From Smithellaceae bacterium (GTDB lineage Bacteria; Desulfobacterota; Syntrophia; Syntrophales; Smithellaceae), in contig CAXXVL010000002.1 in NCBI GenBank assembly GCA_963667845.2, positions 1,216,001-1,280,000 of the forward strand: a stretch of DNA of 64,000 bases, in the 5' to 3' direction. The position numbers and the translations under genes were made by a program. Shown here in pieces: positions 8,569-17,525 of the stretch (position 1 is the first letter of the stretch; each line of letters opens with the position of its first letter). Under the pieces are notes generated by a model that had not been told where the DNA came from, ran no database searches, and saw nothing but the letters and a program-made list of their open reading frames with translations.

Positions 8569-9552
8569 TTAAAAAAGTCTGACGCTTCTGATGCCGCGTT
8601 TGCTTTTGAGAGCCCGATAGACGATGTAGGCGCAGGAGATATCCTGAATGGCCAGCCCCGTCGAATCAAAAAGCGTAATCTCCCGGTCGGATTTTCTCCC
8701 ATTTTTCTTTCCGGCCACAATGTCGCCCAGCGTTGCGTAAATATTTCTTTTGCCGATCAGCTTTCGACTCACCGGCACGTTGATTTCACCGGAATGAGAG
8801 GCCTGGGCCCAGTCGTCAATCACGATTTTTGCTTCTTTCAATACTTCCGGATCGACTTCCTGCTTCCCCGGCGCATCCGCACCGATGGCATTGATATGGG
8901 TTCCGGCAGAGACGCGCGAGACGAGCGGAATGCGCGACGGCGTTGTCGCGATCACAATATCGGATTTCAGCGTGACGGCGTCGATGCGCGGAGATATGAA
9001 CGCTTCGAGTTTAAAGGTTTTCTGCGCGAAGCCCCGGAAGCTTTGCGCACCCTCTTTATCTCCGGCAAATTGCCATATCTTGATCTTGCGGATCTTGCGG
9101 ACGCCGAGCAGACAGGCCAGCTGGGACCGCGCCTGGGCTCCGCAGCCGACAAATCCCGCAACCTCGGCGTCTTCCCGGCTCAGGTATTTGGCGGCGACGG
9201 CTCCGGCGGCGCCGGTACGGAGGCCTGTCAGATACGTGCCGTCGAGGATGGCGAGCGGAAAGCCGGTCTCCGGGTCATTGAGAATGATGACCGCCATGAC
9301 GGACGGCAAATGGCGCAAGGCGTTATGCGGATGAACGTTGACACATTTGACGCCGGCAATATTGAAGCCTTCGCCGAAAATATAGGCCGGCATGGATCTC
9401 AGGTCACCCTTCGGGAAATAGAGATAGGTTTTGGCAGGCATGTCGACGCTGCCGAGGCCGTAAGCCCGGAATGCTTTTTCCACCGTTTCGTTGACGACGC
9501 GCGGTGTTAATATTTTTTCGACATCCTGCTGGGTCAGAATCAGCGTCTTCAT
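8569..9552 (-). CDS. Ornithine cyclodeaminase/mu-crystallin family protein, likely archaeal-type alanine dehydrogenase
   Basis: GDLRSMPAY, GVKCVNVHPHN, LTGLRTGAAG, GCGAQA, HINAIGADAPGKQE, FDSTGLAIQD. Start trimmed to MKTLIL. Confidence 0.88.
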   Translation of the reverse strand: MKTLILTQQDVEKILTPRVVNETVEKAFRAYGLGSVDMPAKTYLYFPKGDLRSMPAYIFGEGFNIAGVKCVNVHPHNALRHLPSVMAVIILNDPETGFPLAILDGTYLTGLRTGAAGAVAAKYLSREDAEVAGFVGCGAQARSQLACLLGVRKIRKIKIWQFAGDKEGAQSFRGFAQKTFKLEAFISPRIDAVTLKSDIVIATTPSRIPLVSRVSAGTHINAIGADAPGKQEVDPEVLKEAKIVIDDWAQASHSGEINVPVSRKLIGKRNIYATLGDIVAGKKNGRKSDREITLFDSTGLAIQDISCAYIVYRALKSKRGIRSVRLF

Positions 9553-9592
9553 AGTCGGTAAACCTTTCCGTGAATGTCTTTCCGCGGGCGAA

Positions 9593-9784
9593 TCAGATGA
9601 TTTCTTTGACCCGGCCCACAATCCCGCTTTCCAGACGAACTTTGATGCCGTGCGGATGAGTGCCGGATTTTGTCAGAATCGCCTGCACAATGCCGTCCGT
9701 AAGACGGCCCGTGCGTTGATCCTGCTTCTGCACTATTTTTACGTGTGCGCCCACTTTGACGTCCATGCGATTGTTTCCGTTCAT
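9593..9784 (-). CDS. YwbE family protein (DUF2196)
   Basis: MNGNNR...KQDQRTGRLTDG...LTKSGTHPHGIKVRLESGIVGRVK family signature. Confidence 0.88.
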   Translation of the reverse strand: MNGNNRMDVKVGAHVKIVQKQDQRTGRLTDGIVQAILTKSGTHPHGIKVRLESGIVGRVKEII

Positions 9785-9801
9785 GCCTTCATCCTCACAA
9801 T

Positions 9802-9899
9802 AATCAACCGCCAGCAAGCTGTCGAGGTATGAAATGAACGTCATTACATCGCAACAAGCTGCGGAGAATTAACACTCGTCCCGCGGAAGCGGGATTAAA
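9802..9899 (+). repeat. ~100-bp hairpin-ended dispersed element, copy A (MITE/PATE-like)
   Basis: Aligns by eye with the reverse complement of 13034-13134 over its whole length (AATCAACC...GCAAGCT..CGAGGTATGAAA..AACGTCATTA..TCGCA.CAAGC...CCCGC..AAGCGGGATTAAA). Confidence 0.85.
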
Positions 9900-10088
9900 A
9901 TAAGATTATCATGATTTGCCAAAATATCTCAACATGCATATATTACTTTTGTCATCGGACAGCGAAAGCGGTGGGTCGGGCGACGGTTACGTGAGACAGT
10001 GTGGCAGATCGCTAAAAACTTTATTATATTTGAGATGATCTTATGTTAAAATCATGCTCATGAAATTAATCTGTCAGCAGAAAGTAAC

Positions 10089-10529
10089 GTGATGCGCAAA
10101 GATATTCAGGAATTGATTCAATTAAACAGGACCTGCGTTCTGGCCACGGTATCGGGAGTTGAGCCGCATTGTTCATTAATGTCGTATGCGACGGATGACG
10201 ACTGCCGTGAAATTTATATGGCAACCTCCAAAGAAACAAAAAAATACAGGAATATGACGGCCAACCCGCACATAAGCCTGCTTGTGGATTCCCGGCAGGA
10301 TGTTGCCGCCGGTCCCGCCGCGCCAGTGAGGGCCCTGACGATTGCCGGAACATTTCAAAAAGATGTGGATGAAAAGAAAGCGGCGGATATCCGGGAGAGG
10401 CTGTTTAGGAAGAATGCCGACTTAAGAAAGATATTCGATAATCCCGATACCGCAATTATCGTTGTCAGAATCTGCACCGTCCAGCTTCTGGACGGGCTAA
10501 CCGACGCCTATTTTGAGATCGTATCTTAA
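10089..10529 (+). CDS. Pyridoxamine 5'-phosphate oxidase-like FMN-binding split-barrel protein
   Basis: CVLAT...PHCSLM...TKKYRNMTANPHISLLVD pattern. Confidence 0.85.
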   Translation: MMRKDIQELIQLNRTCVLATVSGVEPHCSLMSYATDDDCREIYMATSKETKKYRNMTANPHISLLVDSRQDVAAGPAAPVRALTIAGTFQKDVDEKKAADIRERLFRKNADLRKIFDNPDTAIIVVRICTVQLLDGLTDAYFEIVS

Positions 10530-10549
10530 CTTCAGACAGGAGGTTTGTC

Positions 10550-11098
10550 ATGACGGAAATTCCGCGCGATGAGAAGAGAAAGAAGATTCTTGAAGTTTTA
10601 AACAAGGCCAGATCCATGGAACTTTTTGCGATTCATCAGTATATGAACCAGCATTATAATCTGGCCGACATGGATTACGGCGATCTGGCCGCCAAAGTGA
10701 AGCTCATCGCGATAGACGAAATGAGACACGCGGAGATGTTTGCCGAACGCATTAAAGAACTGAGCGGCGAGCCGACCACAGCGATGGACGGCACGGTGCA
10801 GAAGGCTCAAAAGATCGATGCGGTCTTTCCCTTCAATTCCAAACTGGAAGACGACACGATCGACGCCTACAATCAGTTCCATCAGGTCTGCCGCGAAAAC
10901 GGCGACAGCATCAGTATGAAACTTTTTGAAACCATCACCGACGAGGAACAAATTCACTTCAATTACTTCGACAATGTCAGTGACCACATTCAAAAACTGG
11001 GCTCGGCCTACCTTGCGCAGATCGCCGGGACGCCGGCCGATACGGGCGCGCCATCCAAGGGCTTTGTCACCGGTCCGGGCGGGGGTGCCGCCGCATAG
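10550..11098 (+). CDS. bfr: Bacterioferritin
   Basis: Ferroxidase ligands (ELFAIHQY, DEMRHAE, LEDDT, DEEQIH) with the heme Met in EMRH. RBS AGGAGG. Confidence 0.88.
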   Translation: MTEIPRDEKRKKILEVLNKARSMELFAIHQYMNQHYNLADMDYGDLAAKVKLIAIDEMRHAEMFAERIKELSGEPTTAMDGTVQKAQKIDAVFPFNSKLEDDTIDAYNQFHQVCRENGDSISMKLFETITDEEQIHFNYFDNVSDHIQKLGSAYLAQIAGTPADTGAPSKGFVTGPGGGAAA

Positions 11099-12260
11099 AA
11101 GCATTTTTTTGGGGGCGGTCGCGCCGACCCTTCTTCAGTCGTGATTGTTCCCGGTCACCGTCTATTCCCGTGCTCCGGCGTAAATTGATCGCCGCCAGAA
11201 TTTTCCGGTCGATTTTCGACATCGGCAACTTCCCGATGTCCCTGTCCGATGCCCAGCGCCAATCCTGACAGCCCAGTGCTTCAGGCTCGCTTTTCAACAG
11301 GGTGCAATCGTAGGCACAGAGGGTTGTGCGAAAATGCGTGTAAGCATGATCGACGGAGGCGAGTTTCTGTCTCATCCGGATGGAGATCCCCAATTCGTTT
11401 TTTACGCCGTTCTTTAATCCGGCTTCCAGGCTTTCAATATCGTCGATAAAGCCGCCGGGCAATTTCCATAAAGACGCAAGCAATCCTGCAGCCGGCCGCT
11501 GCACGATGAGCAGCCGACTGTCGGCGCTGCGAATAACGGCGCACACCGCTGCGCGGTGCGGGGTGGCGGGGCGCTTGCGCACGACGGGCAGCGCGGTTTG
11601 CATCCCCGTGAGTTGCGCAAGGCACAAAGCGGCAATAGGGCAGATGGCGCAGCCGGGATTTTTGGGCTTGCAGATCGTTGCGCCCAGATCCATGAGCGCC
11701 TGGTTGAAATCGCCGGGCCGTCTGGCCGGAACCAGCGTGGCGGCAAGCGCGTGCAATTTCTTTTGTTCCCGGGGATCGTCCACCGGTCGGCGGATGGCGA
11801 AAACGCGGCTCAGGATGCGGCGGACGTTGCCGTCAACGGCGGGAAGGGGCTTCCCGTGGGCAATGCTCAAAATAGCACCGGCAGAATACTCGCCGATGCC
11901 GGGCAGTGTTTTGATCGCGTCGGGTGTATCGGGGATCCTGCCGCCGAACCGGTCAATAATGATTCGCGCGGCTTTATGAATATTTTTGGCCCGTGAATAA
12001 TATCCCAGGTTCTCCCAGGCCTTCAGGACCTGCGCAAGCTCAGCTCCGGCTAGCGCTTGGATGTCGGGAAAATACTTCATGAAACGGTGATAATAGGGGA
12101 TCACTGTATCCACCTGCGTCTGTTGGAGCATAATTTCCGAAATCCAGATGCGGTACGGATCGCTCGTCTCGCGCCAGGGAAGCGATCGCTGCCGGCGGCT
12201 ATACCAGGCGAGGAGTCGCCTCGGCAGGATTTTCCTGAGATGATCGGTATCTTTGGTCAT
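11067..12260 (-). CDS. mutY: A/G-specific adenine glycosylase MutY
   Basis: LPWR, WISEIMLQQTQV, LGYYSRA, HhH LPGIGEYSA, VDGNVRR, FeS CxxxxxxCxxCxxxxxC, C-terminal NUDIX-like domain. Start trimmed to MTKDTD. Confidence 0.95.
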   Translation of the reverse strand: MTKDTDHLRKILPRRLLAWYSRRQRSLPWRETSDPYRIWISEIMLQQTQVDTVIPYYHRFMKYFPDIQALAGAELAQVLKAWENLGYYSRAKNIHKAARIIIDRFGGRIPDTPDAIKTLPGIGEYSAGAILSIAHGKPLPAVDGNVRRILSRVFAIRRPVDDPREQKKLHALAATLVPARRPGDFNQALMDLGATICKPKNPGCAICPIAALCLAQLTGMQTALPVVRKRPATPHRAAVCAVIRSADSRLLIVQRPAAGLLASLWKLPGGFIDDIESLEAGLKNGVKNELGISIRMRQKLASVDHAYTHFRTTLCAYDCTLLKSEPEALGCQDWRWASDRDIGKLPMSKIDRKILAAINLRRSTGIDGDREQSRLKKGRRDRPQKNASMRRHPRPDR

Positions 12261-12449
12261 GGCGGGTGTATATCTTATCCCCGGGCGACTGGCAATACGG
12301 CTTGCGTTGGCCAATTTTTTCGCTTGACAGAAATGCGTTTCTGGGACAAGGTGCACGGCACACTCGGATATCCTAATTGTTGTTTTTTCGCATCGTTAGA
12401 TTTTCTGATTAACTCATCAATAAAAAGAAATTAGAAGAGGGGAACAAAA

Positions 12450-13007
12450 ATGAAGAAAGAGGATTGTATTTTATTCAGCGGCGGAGCGCAGGGTGCGGAA
12501 GCTGAATTCGGCGCCAATGCCGAGCGCCTCGGTATAGAGGAAGTTAACTTTACCTTCGAAGGACACACGATCGTGCGTAACAGGGGTCTGCGTGTGCTGA
12601 ACCACGAAGAATTAAAGAACGGCGATGTTTCTCTGGAATATATTTCACGCCTGATGAACCGCCGCTATACGGACAACACGACCTTCCGTAAAATTCTGCA
12701 AACGATCTGGTATCAGATCAACAAAGGGCAGGAAATTTTTATCATCGGCGAAATTCTTCCGGACAAAACCGTCAAGGGCGGCACGGGCTGGGGCGCGGAG
12801 TTCAGCAAAATCTGCAACAAGCCGCTCTCTGTTTTCGACCAGAAAAAAAATGTCTGGTTTTGCTGGAACAAACTGGATTGGGTTGAGCGTAAGAAGGGTG
12901 ATGAACCGGTCATTGCTCAAGCGCATTTCGCCGGCGGGGGAACACGTTTCCTTGAAGAAAACGGCAAAAAGGCAATCAGGGAGCTCATGGAAAGATCCCT
13001 CGGCTGA
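12450..13007 (+). CDS. Conserved hypothetical protein, SLOG-superfamily-like
   Basis: SGGAQGAE and KGGTGWG glycine-rich loops resemble the SLOG (DprA/YpsA/LOG) nucleotide-binding fold. RBS GAGGGG. Confidence 0.6.
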   Translation: MKKEDCILFSGGAQGAEAEFGANAERLGIEEVNFTFEGHTIVRNRGLRVLNHEELKNGDVSLEYISRLMNRRYTDNTTFRKILQTIWYQINKGQEIFIIGEILPDKTVKGGTGWGAEFSKICNKPLSVFDQKKNVWFCWNKLDWVERKKGDEPVIAQAHFAGGGTRFLEENGKKAIRELMERSLG

Positions 13008-13033
13008 TCAGGCACCGATGGGACCATTCGGGA

Positions 13034-13134
13034 TTTAATCCCGCTTAAGCGGGAAGAGCGTTATTCCCTGTCGCTTGCTGCGAAATAATGACGTTTGTTT
13101 CATACCTCGCGAGCTTGCGGCGAGGTGGTTGATT
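13034..13134 (-). repeat. ~100-bp hairpin-ended dispersed element, copy B
   Basis: Inverted homolog of 9802-9899. Hairpins CCTCGCGAGCTTGCGGCGAGG and TCCCGCTTAAGCGGGA. Confidence 0.85.
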
Positions 13135-13280
13135 TCCTATCATGCGGTTGAAGCACTCTGTTTCAACCGTTTTTTTTTGTGTTTCCGGGTACCTTTTTCT
13201 ATTGTGTATGGTAAATTCTTGACAGCGCAGGCGGGTTTTGCTAGCGCTAATCTCAAATACCATATGATAAAGGAGGAGGT

Positions 13281-15182
13281 ATGTCTGATTCGTTGCAGTA
13301 CAAAGATGTCTACGAGCAGTCCATCAATCAGCCTGATGTTTTCTGGGGTAAGGCGGCCGAAGCGCTACAGTGGACGAAGAAGTGGGATAAAGTTCTTGAC
13401 GACAGCAACAAGCCCTTTTATCGCTGGTTTACCGGCGGCGAACTCAATACGTGCTATAATGCCCTGGATTATCAGGTGGAATCGGGCAGGAAAGATCAGA
13501 CAGCTGTTATCTATGACAGCCCCGTCACCGCTACCGTCCAAAAGATCACCTACGGAGAACTCCTCGACAGGGTGTCCAGATTTGCCGGCGTGCTGTCTGG
13601 TTTAGGTGTTACGAAGGGCGATACCGTTATTATCTATATGCCGATGATTCCGGAAGCAATGGTGGCGATGCTGGCCTGCGCGCGCATCGGGGCCGTGCAC
13701 TCCGTCGTCTTCGGCGGATTTGCCCCCAATGAACTGGCGATCCGCATTGACGATGCGAAACCCAAGGTCATGGTTTCAGCATCCTGCGGCATCGAAGGGA
13801 AGAAGACGCTGGCCTATAAGCCGCTTCTGGACGAGGCCATCAAAATCGCCGCGCACAAGCCGCAAAATTGCATTATTTATCAGCGTCCGCAGGTGCAGGC
13901 CGAACTAAGGCCTGGCCGCGATCTGGACTGGGAGGAATTGTTCAAATCGGCGAAGGCTGTTCCCTGCGTGTCCGTTGGCGCAACCGACCCGCTCTATATA
14001 CTTTATACGTCGGGAACAACCGGCAAGCCCAAAGGCGTCATGCGGGACAACGGCGGCCATGCCGTGGCCCTGAAATGGTCGATGAAGTACATCTATGATA
14101 TCAAACCCGGCGAAGTGTTCTGGGCGGCATCGGATGTCGGCTGGGTCGTCGGCCACTCCTACATTGTTTATGCCCCGCTGCTTTACGGCTGCACAACGAT
14201 TCTTTATGAAGGCAAACCCGTGGGAACGCCCGATCCGGGCGCCTTCTGGCGGGTGATCTCCCAGCACGGCGTATCCGTTCTCTTTACCGCCCCCACGGCG
14301 TTTCGCGCCATTAAGAAGGAAGACCCCAACGGCGACTACCTGAAGAAGTATGATATCCGCAGCCTGCGTTATTTGTTCCTGGCCGGCGAGCGCCTGGATC
14401 CCGATACCTATTACTGGGCGAGCGACATGCTGAAGATTCCTGTCGTCGACCACTGGTGGCAGACCGAAACCGGCTGGCCGATTGCCGCAAACTGCATGGG
14501 CATCGAGCCCTTCCCGATCAAAGCCGGATCACCCACGAAACCGGTGCCGGGCTATAATGTTCAGATCCAGGACTTCGACGGCAAAACGCTGCCCAACGGC
14601 GAGGAAGGCGCGGTGGTCATCAAGCTGCCTCTGCCCCCCGGCTGCCTGCCGACGCTGTGGAAGGATGACAAACGCTACCTGGAATATGTCACCGAAAGAC
14701 CCGGCTATTATGTGACCGGCGACGGCGGTCGTTTTGACACCGATGGTTATCTCTATATCATGGGGCGCATCGACGACGTGATCAACGTGGCCGGCCACAG
14801 GCTTTCCACGGGAGCTATGGAGGAGATCGTCTCCAAGCACAAGGACGTTGCGGAATGCGCCGTGCTGGGTGCGGACGACCAGCTCAAGGGCCAGGTGCCG
14901 GTGGGCTTTGTTGTTTTGAAGGCCGGCGTTACCCGCAAGCCCGAAGAGATCATCGCGGAGCTGGTCAAGATGGTGCGCAGTGACCTGGGTGCACTGGCCT
15001 GCTTCAAGGAAGCGGCCGTCGTGAAGGCGCTGCCCAAGACGCGGTCGGGGAAGATCCTGCGCAGCACGATGCGCAAAATCGTGGACGGCAAGGATTATGT
15101 TGTCCCTTCGACCATCGATGATCCGGCGGTTCTGCCGGCCATTGCTGAATCGGCCAGGGCGATCGGGTATGGGAAGAAGTGA
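13281..15182 (+). CDS. prpE: Propionyl-CoA synthetase (AMP-forming, Acs/PrpE family)
   Basis: YILYTSGTTGKPKG, ASDVGWVVGHSY, DHWWQTETG, GRIDDVINVAGHR, LPKTRSGK. RBS AAGGAGG. Confidence 0.88.
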   Translation: MSDSLQYKDVYEQSINQPDVFWGKAAEALQWTKKWDKVLDDSNKPFYRWFTGGELNTCYNALDYQVESGRKDQTAVIYDSPVTATVQKITYGELLDRVSRFAGVLSGLGVTKGDTVIIYMPMIPEAMVAMLACARIGAVHSVVFGGFAPNELAIRIDDAKPKVMVSASCGIEGKKTLAYKPLLDEAIKIAAHKPQNCIIYQRPQVQAELRPGRDLDWEELFKSAKAVPCVSVGATDPLYILYTSGTTGKPKGVMRDNGGHAVALKWSMKYIYDIKPGEVFWAASDVGWVVGHSYIVYAPLLYGCTTILYEGKPVGTPDPGAFWRVISQHGVSVLFTAPTAFRAIKKEDPNGDYLKKYDIRSLRYLFLAGERLDPDTYYWASDMLKIPVVDHWWQTETGWPIAANCMGIEPFPIKAGSPTKPVPGYNVQIQDFDGKTLPNGEEGAVVIKLPLPPGCLPTLWKDDKRYLEYVTERPGYYVTGDGGRFDTDGYLYIMGRIDDVINVAGHRLSTGAMEEIVSKHKDVAECAVLGADDQLKGQVPVGFVVLKAGVTRKPEEIIAELVKMVRSDLGALACFKEAAVVKALPKTRSGKILRSTMRKIVDGKDYVVPSTIDDPAVLPAIAESARAIGYGKK

Positions 15183-15185
15183 AGC

Positions 15186-15250
15186 AGGCTATTCCTGTAG
15201 ACTATTTCCCCTCGAGGGGGCGTGAGGCTGTAGGCTATTAGACTATTAGA
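15186..15250 (+). repeat. Short AGGCTGT/AGGCTATT/AGACTATT tandem repeat tract
   Basis: Units AGGCTATT, AGACTATT, AGGCTGT, AGGCTATT, AGACTATT right after the prpE stop. Same family as 22125, 27824 and 54999. Confidence 0.7.
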
Positions 15251-15256
15251 TGACGA

Positions 15257-15287
15257 AAAGCCGGCGGGAATGAGTCCCGCCGGCTTT
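15257..15287. terminator. Bidirectional intrinsic terminator between prpE and lepB
   Basis: AAAGCCGGCGGGA / TCCCGCCGGCTTT perfect stem with A/T tails between convergent genes. Confidence 0.85.
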
Positions 15288-15312
15288 CTTCGTATGTGTC
15301 GTGAATTGACGG

Positions 15313-15945
15313 CTATTTGATCAGCTGAGCAATGCGGCCCCAGCGGATACTTTTATCTTCCGCATTCCATGACCAGTAAAGGATGAAGGCCTTACCCTGG
15401 ACATCCTTCAAATCGACAAATCCCCAGAAACGGCTGTCCAGGCTGTGATCGCGATTGTCTCCCATGACAAAAAGCGAGTTCTTCGGTACGGTCACCGGGC
15501 CGAAGTTATCGCGCGGCTGGACATCGGCCGGAATTATCGTGTTGTCATCATAGACGCCGTGCGGGTCGGCATAGGGCCGGCCATTGATAAAGAGTTTTTT
15601 GTCTTTCATTTTGATCGTGTCGCCCGCGACACCGATGACCCGCTTGATGAAATCCTTGGACCGGTCCTGCGGATAAATGAAGACAACAACGTCGCCTCTT
15701 TTCGGTTCACTGACCGGGATGATGGTTGTCCGGAAATACGGAATCTTCACGCCGTAAATAAATTTGTTGACAAAGAGATGATCGCCGACAAGCAGGGTGG
15801 GAATCATGGATCCGGACGGGATTTTAAAAGCCTGGATAACGAATGAAATGATGAAGGCCGCGATAATGACGGCGGTCAGGATCGCTTCAATAAATTCTCT
15901 GATTTTTGATTTCGTTTTCAACGGGGACGATTCTTTTTCTTTCAT
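15313..15945 (-). CDS. lepB: Signal peptidase I
   Basis: IPSGSMIPTL (Ser), DFIKRVIG (Lys), MGDNRDHSLDSRFWG. Confidence 0.95.
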   Translation of the reverse strand: MKEKESSPLKTKSKIREFIEAILTAVIIAAFIISFVIQAFKIPSGSMIPTLLVGDHLFVNKFIYGVKIPYFRTTIIPVSEPKRGDVVVFIYPQDRSKDFIKRVIGVAGDTIKMKDKKLFINGRPYADPHGVYDDNTIIPADVQPRDNFGPVTVPKNSLFVMGDNRDHSLDSRFWGFVDLKDVQGKAFILYWSWNAEDKSIRWGRIAQLIK

Positions 15946-15992
15946 AACGAGATAACCTCTTTCTATTAATGGTCGACCGGAGCAGATTTTAC

Positions 15993-16706
15993 TCAGATAA
16001 CTAATTTAACGATATCGTTGGATGTCGCAAGAATCGTCAGGCCCAAGATGACGATCCACCCCGCAATGGACAAACCTGTGGAAACTCTTCTCAACGGAGG
16101 TACTATCTTTTCCAATGCATAAAACAGCGCTTTGCCGCCGTCGAGGACCGGCAGCGGGAGCAGATTGATCACTGCCAGATTCAGACTCAAAAGGCCGGCG
16201 AAGCTGAGTATCTGATAAAAGTTCCCCGCAATAAATGATCCGCCTTGCTGAACAACGCCGATGATTCCGGCCAGATCTCCGCTGTTCGTGAACAGCGAAG
16301 GAATCGATCGGGTGATAAGCAGCATGAACGAGAATGCATTTTTGCCTGCCAGGAGCACCGCGGATACAATCGATATATCCTGGGTGAGCATTCGATAAAT
16401 GAACAGCATCAGGATGGCAAAAACGATATTGGCAACGACGCCGCCGAGCGTAAAGATAATGCGCCGGCCGAGGGGGATCGCATACAATTTTTCCTCTGTT
16501 GATATGGCCGGTTCGATATATCCGCCGAGGGGAATCAGCGAAAGCCGGTAATCAACGCCCTTGCGGGTGAAGCCGGCGAGCCGCGGACCGAAACCGATCG
16601 AGAACGTTCTCACCGGAATGGCGGCCAGCCTTGCCGCCAGGAGATGTCCTCCTTCGTGGACGAGTATAATCAAACTGATAATGACAAAAGCATAAAAATA
16701 AACCAT
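15993..16706 (-). CDS. Site-2 protease (peptidase M50), RseP-like but lacking PDZ domains
   Basis: HEGGH, FSIGFGP, IPLGGY, NLLPLPVLDGG in only 237 aa. Confidence 0.9.
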   Translation of the reverse strand: MVYFYAFVIISLIILVHEGGHLLAARLAAIPVRTFSIGFGPRLAGFTRKGVDYRLSLIPLGGYIEPAISTEEKLYAIPLGRRIIFTLGGVVANIVFAILMLFIYRMLTQDISIVSAVLLAGKNAFSFMLLITRSIPSLFTNSGDLAGIIGVVQQGGSFIAGNFYQILSFAGLLSLNLAVINLLPLPVLDGGKALFYALEKIVPPLRRVSTGLSIAGWIVILGLTILATSNDIVKLVI

Positions 16707-16715
16707 TGTGTGCCT

Positions 16716-17000
16716 CTACATTTTACGGCGGTAGTAAAAAACGCCGACCAGATAAGTGTAAATGGAGGAGAGAGCAAAAACCAGGATCGGATACATCGCG
16801 TTTAAGGATGGGTGAAAAAGATACACCGCAACAATCACCATCAGTCCGCAGAGCGCTATCTGCTGCTGGAGATTGGCGGCTTTGAGCTGAATGAGCTTTT
16901 CCCGTTCATCGACAATGGTCCGCCGATCCATCACATAAAACACAAGATAGATCAGCGTTGTGATGACCACGATAATGCGCATGATCGCTATTTCATCCAT
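16716..17000 (-). CDS. Small 3-TM membrane protein (DUF2178-like)
   Basis: Three hydrophobic segments, DEREKLIQLKA motif, C-terminal YYRRKM. Typical partner of COG1476-type HTH genes. Confidence 0.65.
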   Translation of the reverse strand: MDEIAIMRIIVVITTLIYLVFYVMDRRTIVDEREKLIQLKAANLQQQIALCGLMVIVAVYLFHPSLNAMYPILVFALSSIYTYLVGVFYYRRKM

Positions 17001-17040
17001 AGGATTCTCCCTGATAAAATCCAGTTGATCTCAAATCTGG

Positions 17041-17253
17041 TTATGGGCCCTGCTCCTCAGACAGAAAAAAAATATCCTCAACGCGTACGCGAAGTATCTG
17101 TGCGATACGCATGGCCAGTTCCACCGAAGGTATGAATTTGCTGTTTTCGATGGAGTTGATCGTCTGGCGTGAGCAACCCGCTTTTTCGGCGACCTCCGCC
17201 TGAGTCAAATTCCCGTTGGTTACCCGGGCGATTTTGAGTTTGTTCTCAATCAT
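17041..17253 (-). CDS. XRE/Cro-family helix-turn-helix regulator
   Basis: ENKLKIAR...LTQAEVAEKAGCSRQTINSIENSKFIPSVELAMRIA...VEDIF. Start trimmed to MIENK. Confidence 0.92.
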   Translation of the reverse strand: MIENKLKIARVTNGNLTQAEVAEKAGCSRQTINSIENSKFIPSVELAMRIAQILRVRVEDIFFLSEEQGP

Positions 17254-17261
17254 GGGACGTA

Positions 17262-17300
17262 TGTAATGCATACTTGATAATATGTCAAGTATATTTTACA
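17262..17300. promoter_or_regulatory. Palindromic operator/promoter of the HTH-S2P-lepB operon
   Basis: TGTAA-TGC-ATACTTGA-TAATATG-TCAAGTAT-ATT-TTACA nested inverted repeat about 9 bp from the HTH start. Contains TTGACA on the minus strand. Confidence 0.7.
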
Positions 17301-17525
17301 TTATGGCGCGTTTGGTGGACATCCGGCAGGCCGCATTTAGAATTTTTCGCGGCGCGGGCAGTCCCTTAAATCAAAATGCTTGCCGGCCGCTCAAAAAAGG
17401 TTGTTTGGGCCAAAGCCAGTCAGGAAAGAGACTGCATGATGCCCGATCGGGCCCGACGATATTCCGAGGTATTATCCTCAGGGTTGAGCGAGGCTGTCGC
17501 TTCAGAGGAGTTGACCCGCTGGAAA

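Noticed and set aside
8536..9510. 324-aa plus-strand ORF (likewise 22483-23559, 21074-22015, 60028-60990 and other long antisense ORFs)
   Set aside because: They lie opposite well-supported genes and have no domain signatures.
9910..10056. Weak inverted similarity (CATGATTT..ATCTCAA / TTGAGAT..AAAATCATG) suggesting a 6S-like RNA or MITE
   Set aside because: Pairing is short and gapped in AT-rich DNA. It cannot be distinguished from divergent promoter sequence.
15186..15250. Repeat tracts as CRISPR arrays
   Set aside because: Units are 7-8 nt without unique spacers, and there are no cas genes.
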